Below, piece by piece: positions 25,356 to 37,590 of a stretch of DNA of 64,000 nt (the stretch's first letter is position 1; each line of letters opens with the position of its first letter). The DNA lies in assembly GCA_013265495.1 (NCBI GenBank), contig MU061578.1, positions 1,621,308 through 1,685,307 of the forward strand. Direction: 5' to 3'. A program made the translations under genes and the position numbers. Under the pieces are notes generated by a model. It saw only the letters and a list, made by a program, of their open reading frames with translations. It searched no databases and was not told where the DNA came from. The stretch comes from Vicugna vicugna (taxonomy: Eukaryota).

Positions 25356-28300
25356 GGCAGAGAATGAAGAATGAAGATACCTCTGTTTGGTGGTCTGTTT
25401 CATTTAATTAGCCATTTTTGGTTATCAGGCACAAATTATCTAGACACTCACATGACAGCTGCACATTCCTAGGACAAAAGCCAAAAGCCCCACGTCAATG
25501 TGGAGGCCACATTTTGGAAGGTCATGACGAAGTTCTAAATGAGGCAGCTCATGTCCCACTGTCCTTCCTACATGGCTGGTGACTCAAGTTCTAGAATTCG
25601 TGAAGCTGCCCCTTTCCTGAACAGGAAGTCCATGTTTCTTAGAAAACGCACCGCTCAGGACAAACTCTCCTCATCTTTTGGAAAGAGAAGATGGCACTGA
25701 GATCACCATGGTGGCGGGGCCAGCAGCCGCCGGAGCAGCTGTGGCAGTGACAGCAAGCTCAGAAGGCTCTTTTCTTGCTCTCAATTTGCAAAAACTGCTT
25801 TCCCTGGATGCACCCTGACAATGGGAGGTGGGGACGGGCCCCAGAAAGTCATTTCACCCATCACTAACTCAACACACCTGCACATCCTCCACCTCCATCA
25901 CCCTCTTCCCAGGCCTCCAGGCAGAAGATACGTTTTGAAAGACTTGTAAAGCACTCATTTGGAGTACATAATAAATTCATATTCATTTAAGTGACTAATA
26001 TTTAGTGTCGAAAAGCAAGGGGGGAAAAAAGGCTCCATTGATGAAAAATAGGTCTCAGTTTCCTTAGAAAATGCTTCACGGTGAAAGCAATGTATCCCAT
26101 GAGCAAAAATAAGGTTGTTGCAGGATGGAATTTAATTAAGATGAGTTGGGCATGCCGGGAGCAGTACACGGCGCAGGGAGCATTAGCGAGGTACTTACCA
26201 CACCAAAGTGGAGAAGACACAATATTAAAATGCCCCATAAATTAGTCTGCAAATCTACTTATAGCTCTACATTTGTCCTGCATCGCCAAATAAAACATTG
26301 CCTTGACATGGAACCGTCTCAGATTTTTCACACCAAACCAATTCATACTGAACAAGGAAAATGCTTATGGAACTCCTGGGCTGTAGTTTGCCATGAGATC
26401 TACTAGCGAGAAGTGAAAATGTTCCCCTTCTCCTTTTCATCAGAGCTCAAATGGGAATTAATCAGTGATACTTAACTACCCTTTCAACAGGACTCCAGCA
26501 ACATCCCCGGAAACACTTCCTTTCTTTCAACATTTCTAAACAACAGACAGTCGCCAACTTTTAATAATCCCATATATTACTGGAGACTGCGGAGGAGGAT
26601 GTGAAATCACAAGACTGAGGACAGTGTCATAAATTAGAGACACTGTGGCTGTTACTGTGGAATCTGAGAGCCCCAGTCTCGTCCACCTCTCAGTTTCTTG
26701 ATGTCACGTGATTTGAGTATAATTACTAGCAATTTTTAGCAAAGCATTCATAAGCTTTTCCCCTGCTGTGAAAGCAACAATGCCGCTTTGTATGCTGTCT
26801 TTCATTTTAGTTTGTGGGTATCCCACATCACCCACAAAAGGAAGGACGCGGTGATTCCAAAAATGTCTGTTTTGACAGACTGCTCTTTCCCGCTTCTTTT
26901 ATATTATAAATATTTAATATGGTTCAACGATGAACGACAGCATCCAGCTCTGTGTTCATCCAGGTAAGGGAAATCTCCCCTACAGCTCAAGAGACAGGCA
27001 CCGGTCCTGCCACAGAAGCGAAGAAGGGTCAAAACACAACACCTGCGTTAATCTCAGCCCCTTTGGACCCAAGTCATGAGAAATTTCTCATCGATGTATT
27101 TCCCACCACTTTTTTTTCTTTTAAATGCAAGTTTCTAGGGAAGACCACCACAACATAGTTAACTGTCTACATGGCGCAATGGTAGCAAAAACGAGTCCGT
27201 GATGGTACCATGTCATCATTTAAACACATGCCGTCGTATCTCTTCCTGTACGTTAATCTGAAATGGAATCTGGAACGTGACAAGGACATCTCATAATGGA
27301 AGAGCTGGTGCGTGTCTGGTCTGCCTTTCATTGTCCAGGAGCCTCAATGGGCTTGGACTTCCTGTGAACAAATGAGACCTCCGTGGCTGCATGTTTTCAT
27401 TTTATTACATTTATTTAAGATGACCGAGGCCGGTGCCCAATATTTATTCACCACGTTCAACATGTGCCATTATCAGAATAAAAGGCGAGACAGCACAGTT
27501 TGAACAACAGCTGGTAATTCCAAAGAGACAGTGTCACTTGAAGAACAAATGAACCTTTAGTTAATAAAATCTCCCCCGACTGACAAAGATGGCTTTTTGT
27601 ACACACGCAGGACCCACGATAAGGAGATAGAGAGGCGTCGATAAAGAGCCCCCGATTCCCACAAAAGGAGCTCAATGCTGCCCATGTTTAAATAAGGACG
27701 GGGTTTATTACTGGTCCTTTATGAATCACGATAAATTACATGTCCTGGGTTCTGAAGGGACAAAAGATTTAAATTATAATTCTGAAGGCCATGGGAAGCG
27801 CCCTGTTCTCAAAATGCTCCAATGCCTCAAAGTTAAGAATGACATTCTCAGGACAAAAACGTAGCTGGTTTCAATGAAGAGGACTTTCATCTGGTATTGT
27901 CTGAATTAATGGAGTTGACCCTCATATAGATATGTGTATGTTCTGAATATCTATGACCCAAGCCCATAGGTAGCCAATATTTAATGTGAATCTACTAAAA
28001 AAAAAAACCAGGCACTGTGCTAGGCACTTGCACTTAGAAGTGAGAAAATGTCTAGAACAGGCAAAACTGTTTAAATGTCAATGCAACTTCACACAAGCGT
28101 CTATGCAACCACACACACACACACACTTCCACCCAGATGGGGTGATGTCCTTCAATACAAGAACTGGGCTTCTGCCTGTCATTCGGTCAAAGGCCATATT
28201 TCACACCACACACATTTCACACCATTACCACACCGCCACTGGTATTGATGGCTTTTATAACTACTGACCATGCCCGACAAATCAGATGTGGGTGAAAGCA

Positions 28301-29194
28301 AATTAATTTAAGAGAAATCCTTTATCCGCTCGAGTCTTGGCTGATGTGCAATGATGAAAATATTCTCTAGTCCCAAGGAACTCCAGTGTTTAAAAGAGTA
28401 TTTTATGATCGTTAGGGCAGGAATCATCCTAATAAATGGACTTCCTGAGAAGGTAAAAATGACAACCTGGCCCTCTTAATATTATTATGAGAAGGTAAGT
28501 CTATGGAAGCTTTTGGAAGCTCTAATGAGTGATGCAGACAGAGAGATGATTCTTAACAGATTAGAGCCAGGGTGACTGTCTTTGGCACAGCAAAGGGCCA
28601 GGCAAAAGCAGGGTGGTAGTGAAGTTTAGGGTCACTGGCTTCCTCTTCTCCCCTAAGAGTTTGCTCCCCAAGGTATGTGCCTTGGGTTCAGATCTTACAC
28701 AGACCCGAGTTATTTTTGGAATTGCTAACACTGCGGGTGGTATTCTTAGGGTCACTGCTAGACATCAGCGTGTGGGCTTGGCAGGGAGGTCCCCGTACCA
28801 CCCACCCCCAGCTCCCTGTATTTCCAGGTGGAGGAATTCCTCTAAAGTAATATTCCAGGTCTCCCCCAGCTTCTCACTCCTCCATCCCTAGGAAGGAATG
28901 CTTTATCTGATTGGTTACTTTGGGGAAAGGACCAGGCATGCTCAGTTCAGTTCCCTGAGCCCTCTTTCAAATTCCCCAGGGGACAAAAAGGGTGCACCCT
29001 GGTCCTCTTTCTCAGACATTGAGACTCACGAGCACGCAGGTGATGGGGGACAAGGGGCAGGACGAGGGAGGGGGCTGCAGGCATCGATGGGTAAGCCTGA
29101 ACAAACTGGGGGAGTATAAACAAGCCCATTTGGCCATACCGCTTTATGTGAATTTCTTTCATCGATAAGCTAACATCTTTTTATCGTCTGTTTA

Positions 29195-29480
29195 AAAGTA
29201 ACAGCTTCATTGAGATAGGAGTCCTACACCATGAACAAGTCAACAGTGGTTAGTGTATTCACAGAGTTGTGTAATTACCACCACGATTTCCTTTTAGAAC
29301 ATTTCCATCACCCCAGGGGGAAACCCTTGTAGACATGAGCAGTCACACTACATCACTGTCTCTCTGCCCGGCCCTGGCAACCACTACTCTCCTTAACTGT
29401 CCCTGTAGATTTGCCTCATCTGGACACTTCATATGAATGGGATCCGAACCTTGAACATATTAGGCTAAGTGAAGGAAGTC
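29195..29480 (-). mobile_element. L1MB-type 3' fragment with inverted 5' piece
   Basis: acagcttcattgagat...tattcacagagttgtgtaattaccacc...ttttagaacatttccatcacccc...ccctggcaaccact...tggacacttcatatgaatgg, then sense-oriented gaaccttgaacatattaggctaagtgaaggaag. Confidence 0.85.
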
Positions 29481-30879
29481 TGTTTATTTCCTTTTCAGCT
29501 CCCCACTCTGCTGCTTTCTCAGTTCGTTCTTACTCGGTAGGGAAATGAGAGGAGGCTATTTCACTACAGCTACCACATATCTGGAATGGTTTCCTGCGCC
29601 CCATTTTCCCAATATCTAATCACTTCTTACACCACTTCACAATTTTCACTTTGCATAGACATTAAACTGTGATATTAACATCAGCGTTCACTCACCCACT
29701 CATTCGTCCACTCATATTTTCCAAACACATTTTTTTTTTCGGTCCCTAACATGTCTGCCAGACCATGAAGATCGAGAAATGAATAAAGCCTGGAACTGGC
29801 TCTCAGGGAGTTCACACTTGATTTCTGGGAATGATTCAGGGACAGAATTCTATAAAAGGTATAAAGCTGATTGACTAGAATGTGAGCCCAAGGACTCTTA
29901 CATCCTCAGTTCATTATAGCATTTGACACCATCCAAGTGGCGGTCTCTGTGACGTTCTCTCCACCTTTGTGAACCTGTCCTGGCCTGGTTCACTTATCAC
30001 CTTCCTGATCATCATCTTAACATCCTTCCTTTCTCTTCTCCAGACGAGGCAAATCTCACCTTCCAACCACTCATTCAAGTGGTCCTTCCTTAGGGTAAAT
30101 CATTCTTTTCTATCTTCCTCTCCTTGGGGACACCATCCACTCACAATTCAACCATCACCCCCATGGCACCTTGTGAGTAGGATAAAGATGAGGAATACAT
30201 GATAAGAAGGACCAAGCATTTGAGCTCAGACTTGAAGGACACATTGGATTTGGGGCGCTGGGTTTGAGGTTTCTGTGCATATCTGAGTTGATGTCTGTGG
30301 CATCGATTTCTACCAAGTAGCTCTGCCTTCCCCATCTTGTCAGTATCAATTAATGCACTCATACCAAAAAGATCAAAAATTCTTTTTCCTGTCCACCCTT
30401 AATATATGCTCACAAAATAGTCCTATCAACTCCCCACATTCTTCCCAGCATTCCTGCCTCTGCCTGCACTCCACGATCTTTATTTCAGCCAAAAAGCCAC
30501 TGTCAGCTCTAAGTCTGTGGCTTCACGGAAACTATTGATTTATGGCGATGACCCTTCTTGCCGGTGCACATCTCAAATCCAGAGAGTGAGAGGAGCCCTG
30601 GAAATATTTATTCAGACAGATAAAATCCTCCCTATTTAACAGAACTGACTTCCATGACCAGTGGGCACGTCTTGTTACCTAGGGACGTTCCACAGGATTA
30701 CACAGCGAGGCTCTGGCTGTGGCTGTAAGTCACTGCCACTGAATTGTCAAAATAAATAACAATAAAAACCAGCCCTCAGAGAATGTGGGGGCAGCTGATG
30801 CTCTGTCTGTAAATAAACAAATAATTTTTATTTTTAACTAGAAAAAGAGTTCCACCGAGATACCAGGAATAAATGTTAT

Positions 30880-31120
30880 CTATTAGCATATCATATATTT
30901 TATTATATTGTGTATAGCATAAAACAGACAATATTCCTAGAAGTACTCTATATTGCTATAGTATATACTAATATGTTAATATAATATATATAATATGTAT
31001 CGTATATATTACACATACTACTAGTACATATAATTGTGTATATACATATGTATTCTATACAGTTGTAGGTAAGAAAATGTGCACACATATATGTGCATAT
31101 ATGATATAACTATACATTTC
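30880..31120. repeat. AT-rich degenerate (TA)n low-complexity region
   Basis: Directly visible. Confidence 0.85.
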
Positions 31121-32299
31121 TGTGACAAAGGAAATATAAAAATGTGGTTTCTTCTTTTTCCCAAGGGCTACAAGTTTCAGAAAGTAAAAGAAAAACTCAT
31201 AAAACCTCAAAATTCCTCAAGGGTTCTTGATTCATAGTCATCAATACATACAACACTACGGAAATGACTATCATTTAATCAGCGATTACCGTATACTAGA
31301 CAATCTTTTCATCATTCTATAGGCATGATCTCCTTCAATCCTCAGTGAAAACACATTCATTGGGTATTGTTATCCCATTCTGCAGATGGCACTACTAAGT
31401 TTCAAAGAACTGGGGAGCCAACCCAAGGTCTCAGTGATTTCAGCCTTGCTCTGTCATACTCCAGGTGCTGGGCTTTCAGCTACTGCTCTCACTGCCTCCT
31501 TGATATTAGCTGTACCTTTCGTCTTCCTTTTACAGAAAAAGAGATGTCTTCCTTCAAACATTTTCACCATTCATTTTAATCACTGGTCTGATTCAACTTA
31601 AGATTTTTCAAAGGGACCAGCATTTACTGACTGTGTTCTACCCTCTTCAAAACTTTGGTGCAGCTTGGCCATGTAGATACATGAGTGCCAGGCTCCAACA
31701 AGAAGCAGTGGGTCATGAAGAGATTTCTAAAACATAATCTATTTCACCAAAGGGAATGAGAGGCATGGAAACTCCTCCTTGCCTCTCTGGTTGAATTATC
31801 GGATGTCCTGAACTGACTGGAGACTGGATGTGACTGGTAAAGGAGAAGAAAATCCTTTGAAAATCCAAAAGACCCCCTAGTCATTTAAAGATTAGTTAGG
31901 GTTCTGAGGGACATGTACTGCAGGCTTCTGCCCCTCCAAAATGACAGATGCATTGAGAGGAATCACCTTGGCAGAATGTGAGATGCAATTTCACTGATCA
32001 TCATAGTAGCATTGGAATCCAGATTGGAAAAGGACCATTTGAGCCACACATCCCTGCCACTTTATTATCAATTGTCAAAAATTGATAAGTTATTCAGTTT
32101 TGGCTCTAATGCATGGATGGTCTTATAGATAGCTAGATTAAGTGTGCATTGCCGGGTAAGTTTTACAGAATTGCGTATTATAAATGATCATCACACCAAG
32201 CACCTCCTCTTCAGATCAATGATGTCATAATTTACATTTTGAATATTGACTAATGTCTGTTCCACTAGCCTGTAGGCTTCATGAGCCAACAGCTACAAG

Positions 32300-32510
32300 T
32301 AAGAGCTATCATTTGTTGTATGTTTACTATGTGCTGGGAATTATATAAATAATAGATCCTTTAATCTTTACAACGGCTCTGTGAAATAGTTATTTATTCC
32401 CATTTCGATAGATAAGGAAACTTAGGCATAGGGTTGTTAAATAACTAGTCTGAGATCCCATAGAGAATAAGAGGCAGTCCCGGGGTGGACCCCAGGCAAT
32501 CAAGCTCCAA
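32300..32510 (-). mobile_element. MIR SINE embedded in an L2 3' end (~32240-32595)
   Basis: tttactatgtgctggg...tttaatctttacaacggctctgtga...cccatttcgatagataaggaaact; flanked by cactagcctgtaggcttcatgag and cccagtacatagtaggtgctc...gaatggatga. Confidence 0.7.
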
Positions 32511-32913
32511 GCACGAGGGCAAGAGCCATGTATATATTTATCATCATATATGCCCAGTACATAGTAGGTGCTCCATCAAATCTGATGAATGGATGAGAAG
32601 CTACTTTTGGTGGGCTGGGCCAAATCTTCACAGACATGAAAGAAGGATCCTTGTTTTGTGTTTATCTCAGAGAGATGAGCATGTCCCCTTTTCCCCCTAT
32701 AACCTACAGCTCAGAACAATCATCATGTAAAATGGAGCCAGGTGAGGCAACTTCCCATGGGATCCCCAACTGAAACAAAACCTCTTCCTATTCCTCTCCT
32801 ATCACTTGGCTGATCTCCTGCACGCCTCCAAGTGATATGAAATGCCCACACCCACATTCTCACAAGCAAATGCAGACAGACCCAAATGATACCTGAGTTG
32901 CCCACGTACTTAC

Positions 32914-32931
32914 TTCCTCCACTAGTCTTAT
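32914..32931 (-). other. Candidate 18-nt microexon (unverified)
   Basis: Minus strand: gtttaatcctggtggctttttcccAG|ATAAGACTAGTGGAGGAA|GTAAGT. Confidence 0.2.
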
Positions 32932-33469
32932 CTGGGAAAAAGCCACCAGGATTAAACGTTCATGGACTGCCAGGCCTTGTGCTATGAACCACGAAGAGAC
33001 TAAAAGAGAATCACAAAGCAGTGTCCTGTTTCCAAAGAAAGGCCTGAGTTCTTGGAAACCAAAATTAAAGGTCAAAAATTCTAAGTATTATAAGAAAAAT
33101 ACAAATTTCACTGGGAACACAGAGGAAGAGGAAATTGATTTGGGCTCATGCTAGAAAAAAATTCATGAAGAAATAAGGAATTTGAAGTGTAGCTTGAAGA
33201 ACAGTCAGAGATGGGGTTGGGGGCAGGTAGAGGGGCTCTAGGAAGGAAGAAGAGAAAAGTGTTTAGTTTGGAGGCACATAGTTTAGATTCAGACATTAAG
33301 TATAGAACGACAGACTTCTCAGGCAGACTTGGAAATGTCACTTCTAATAGGCAATGTTCAGGAAGTCTCAGAATATCCACTGCAAGAGCAGGGCCTTCCA
33401 AGGAAAGCAGCTATGAATTGGTGAGCAGAGCAAACTCAGCTGGGCAGCCAAAGAGTGAAAGAGAGGGTC

Positions 33470-33845
33470 CCTCCTCTAGTGTTTGCTTGGTTTTCTGGTC
33501 AGGAGCAGGCACGTGACTCAAATTGGCCAATCAGAGTCTTCCTTGGGATTTTTTTTTTTGAAGTATCTCCAAAAGGACACTAACTTCCCAGAGAACGCAT
33601 ATGGTAGAAGCCTATCAAAGCTTGACACCAAGAGGGCAAGCAGATCCAAGAGAGAATCAAAGTCCTTGTGACATCATTAAACCTTCAGACCCAACCATGC
33701 GTGAACTTTATCCTTTGTGTTGCCTGGTTCCATGCCTCAATCTTTCTTTTTTCTTAAACTTCTCTGAAGGTTTTTTTGTTTTGTTTTGTTTTTTGTTTTG
33801 GGGTTTTTTTGCACTTGGAACTGGAGGAACCCTGATGAAATCAGT
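33470..33845 (+). mobile_element. MaLR LTR (MLT1K-like), degenerate
   Basis: ggtcaggagcaggcacgtgactcaaattggccaatcagagtcttccttgggattt...gtccttgtgacatcatt...gcacttggaactggaggaaccctga. Confidence 0.65.
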
Positions 33846-35589
33846 GCCTAAAGGTCCTGGGACATAATGCATTCTAATTCTGCACTGGGTATAGCTTCCC
33901 TTCACAGAAGGCAAACGAGCAAGCTTGAAGAGATGCTGGACACTTCCTCCGTTTGTTTGGTATTAAGACCTTCCTTGGAATCCTCATCTCTGTCCTTTTA
34001 AGCACCACGCTGTTTTCTAAACTGCCAGAATGATTCAAACAACCTCAGACACCAGAGCTTGTTTGACAGTTACTGTTATCTAGTTTAAAAAAGCCTCACA
34101 AAACAAAAAGCAGTTATGAAATGGAAGGGGATCATAAATACAGTATTGCAATACCCGAAGACTGAACAGTGTTTGAGGCATGGAGTAAAGTGTTACATTG
34201 AACTGAATTAAAGTTGAGCCACCCTTCACTACGTAAAATATGTATATCTTTTACAGAATGTTAATAGTGGGTCCTGGCAATTTCCATACCTGTCAATAAT
34301 CTGATTGAGTTTATCAGTAAGATAAGAGAGAATAAAACTCATGGTGAAAGAGATCTTCCCGTCCACGTGCATTGCAGTTAGCTCTCCTCTCCCCTGGCCG
34401 GCTAAGGGTCCACCACAGCCAGGTGTACAGAAACACTCTGGGGCTTAATCAGCATCCAAACTGGGAGCAACCCTGTGAATTAAACCCCATTCCTTTCCAG
34501 AGTTCAAAGAAGTCACATTTTAAGGCCAAGGTTTAGATGCAAATACAACAGATGTGACCCTCAGGAAAAAAGAAAAAAAAATCAAACGTGACCAGGAAGG
34601 ACCCCTGCTTCCTGCCTAAAAGAAATGTGTCCCAGGGTAGGTTTTCTCTGATCTCTACTTTAGAAAGATCAGTCGTCTTATTCGAAACCTCGAAAAGCTG
34701 TCACATTTATTATATTTCTGGAAACCCGTAAATGATGCGTGTTTCTTCCTTTTCCCCTCCTTCAGGAAAAGAAAAAAAAAGTGTTATTCTGCTTGGCTTC
34801 CAGGAAGATTTCATGAATATCTCAAAAGAAAAAGAGAGAGAGAGAGAAAGAAAAAAAAAACACAATTTGTCCGTTGTTATCAGCAATTAAAGATACTTTA
34901 TCTAATTACTATGGGAGATGGCACCGTTCGACAATCATCTCTGACAAACTGATCATTATCAGTAATTTATGACCAGTTTCTTAGTTAATTGTCGTCAGGA
35001 AGGAGAGCAAAAACCATTTGTAGAGAAAAATAAGTAGTCATTAACAACAGTGGGATTTGTTGGGAATGTGATTATAAATCACCAACCAGGGCTGGTAATG
35101 ATTCCTGGGAAGAAAAAAAGAGTGAAAACAATGCAGACGCTCCATCCAACTTTAGGGAACTCTTCACAGGGACGAACACTTCATAATGAACTTTCCCCCA
35201 CCAATTAAAATGAAGAATGGCTTGTCTCCCCTTAAAAGAGTACCAGACACTTTATTCTAAAGGCGGTAGCGCTGGGCGAGGGAGGAACACATTTCTGCTT
35301 CTGCAGGCAGGGCTGGTTACAAAACAGCGGCTCAGGCACGGCTGAGTTCTGCCTCTCCTCACCAAACTCACTTTGCATAAAGAAACGGGGCCCTCCTTCA
35401 CGTGTTTCAAAGCTAATTGAATCCACCTGACCAAGCTTTGATTTTTAGCGCATGAACACTGTCCATCTGGTCCAAAAACCAAGCATGGACTTGTGCGTCC
35501 TGATCTGTATCTGAACTTGGCATTGCCCCTTGCAGGTTGCATTGCCCCTTTGGCCCCTCATAGAGCCTAGGGCCCCACTTGTGAAAAGG

Positions 35590-36062
35590 GAATGGGTTGA
35601 AGGGTGTCCCCCACCAAACAATATAACCTTTGACCCCCAGGATACCTATGAATGTGACCTTATTTGCAAACAGTCTTTGCAGATATAATCAAGCTAAGCC
35701 AGGTCATTAGGGCGGGCCTTAATCTAATCTGACTGCTGTCCCTATAGAAAGGGGAAACTTGAACACAGAGACAGACGCTCAAACGAAGATGATGTGAAGA
35801 GACACACACAGAACACCACGTTATGATGGAGGGAGAGGTTGGGGCTGATGCACCTGTAAGCCAGGAAACGCCAAAGACTGCTGACACACCATCAGAAGCT
35901 AGGAAGAGGCAAGGAAAGCTTTCTCCATCTCAGAGGGAGCATGGCCCACCCGACACCTTGACTGCGGGCTTCCTGCCTCCAGCACTGTGATAGAATAAAT
36001 TTCCGTAGTTTAAAGCTATCCAGTTTGTGGTACTTTGTTAAGGCAGCCTAGGAGACAAATAC
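35590..36062 (+). mobile_element. MaLR LTR MLT1C-like, near full length
   Basis: atgggttgaagggtgtcccc...gaatgtgaccttatttg...gaagctaggaagaggcaagg...cagagggagcatggccc...gacaccttga...gaataaattt...cagtttgtggtactttgttaaggcagcc. Confidence 0.92.
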
Positions 36063-36249
36063 CTTCGAGATCCTTGAACAGAGTAGATGTGACAGGGCTT
36101 AGAAGGTGCCTAGGACAATGTTTGGCAGGTGACAGGCATGCAGTGAGACCACTTGTTCAAGTGCTTTATGAAAGATGACCCAGCCTAGACATGCCACAGT
36201 CAACGACTACACAGCACATAACAGACAGATTGTCCGGAAGGCACAGTAT

Positions 36250-36450
36250 TCGCGCTGAAAGAGCCCTGGGTTTGGCATTGGAAGTCTGAGATTCAGGCCC
36301 AGTTCTTCCACTTTTAAGCCTTTACTGCAGTCAGCTTCAGACTGTGTATCTCACCTGCGCACTCAAGATCGTCCAGCCCATGGCTTCCTCGCAAAGATGC
36401 TGTGAGTTTCAACTGGGATAACACAGATCAAAAGCTCTTTGCACTCTGGA
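36250..36450 (+). mobile_element. MIR SINE
   Basis: gaaagagccctgggtttgg...ctgagattcaggcccagttcttccactt...gatgctgtgagtttcaactgggataa. Confidence 0.55.
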
Positions 36451-36469
36451 CCCATGCAGCACTTGCTCA

Positions 36470-37090
36470 GTCCTTCATTTAGCAAGCCACCTGGACAAAT
36501 TCTAGGGATAGAGCAGTAAGCAGTGGAATGAGAAGCCACAATAATAAATCTGCGGTTATAAACTGGAATCAGAATACTACAGAAAAAAGAAGCGAATGCA
36601 CTGAGATCTCTAGGGTGGGGGACAGTTACTGAAGGGTCAGAGAGGGCCTCACTGCAAAGTCTCAGCTAAAATTTGATCCAAGGACGGGCCTTGCCAGGGG
36701 ATGGTGGCAGGAAGCACCCTCAGGCAGAAGAAAGAGCACATGTCTCTAAGACTAGAAAGAGCATGGGGCTCACTGTGGTTAGAGCCTAGCGATGAAGGGC
36801 TGGAGAGGGAGGCACAGGAGACAGAAGCAAGAGGCCTGATTACACTGGGACTGTAGGCCAAGTTATCCATTTTTATTTTATCTGGGTTTTTACTCACAGC
36901 CGAGAGGGTGGAAGGGATGTGGTGAAGTGACCTGATTTGAATATTAAAATGATCGCTTTGATAATTATATAAAAATTGGATTGGAAGACAATGGGAACAG
37001 GGGCTAGTGGTCCAGATGTGGGTGGCTTGGATCAAAGTGGTTGACAGCGGAGCTATGAAAAAGTGGACAGATTTTGAGACATCATTTGGA
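36470..37090 (-). mobile_element. L2 fragment
   Basis: gggtcagagagggcctc...aagtgacctgatttga...ttaaaatgatcgctttg...gtggtccagatgtgggtggcttggatcaaagtgg...aaaagtggacagattttgagac. Confidence 0.75.
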
Positions 37091-37434
37091 GGAAAGCCAT
37101 TATTATTGCTTTTATCTCCTAATTTAATTCAACTCAGTCCTATTGGAATGCCTTTTGCCACTTTCCTGACAGATGGTCAGCCTGTAAAAAAAATCCATTC
37201 GTTTAAACTGAATAACCTATGCTCAATCACCCTTTTCCACATCTCCTATAAAAAAAATAAACTCTTAACTAATAATCATATAAGCAGATATGTGCAAACA
37301 ATGCTACTGGGCAAAGGTAATTAATTCCAAGTTAGGTCAAGTGCAACAGTAATAATAATATTGACACTGGGTTCCTTCCACTGACTAATTCTACTTGCCT
37401 GGTGTCATTCAGCATGTTACTTCGTTAGCTCGTT

Positions 37435-37590
37435 AAATTCTCACAAAACTTTGAGAGATCAATATGACCATGTCTATTTTACAAAGGAGGAAACTAAGGT
37501 TTTGAAAGGTGAAGAAACTTGTCCAAAGGCACATAGTATGGAGTTGATAGGCAGTAAAAGTGAAAGTGTAGGTCTGGTCCTCAAATTCAT
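37435..37590 (-). mobile_element. MIR SINE
   Basis: tattttacaaaggaggaaactaagg...gaaaggtgaagaaacttgtccaaaggcaca. Confidence 0.7.

Noticed and set aside
25705..25820. Kozak-like accATGG with a GC-rich Ala/Gly codon run
   Set aside because: The ORF closes after ~36 codons with no donor site or CpG-island promoter nearby
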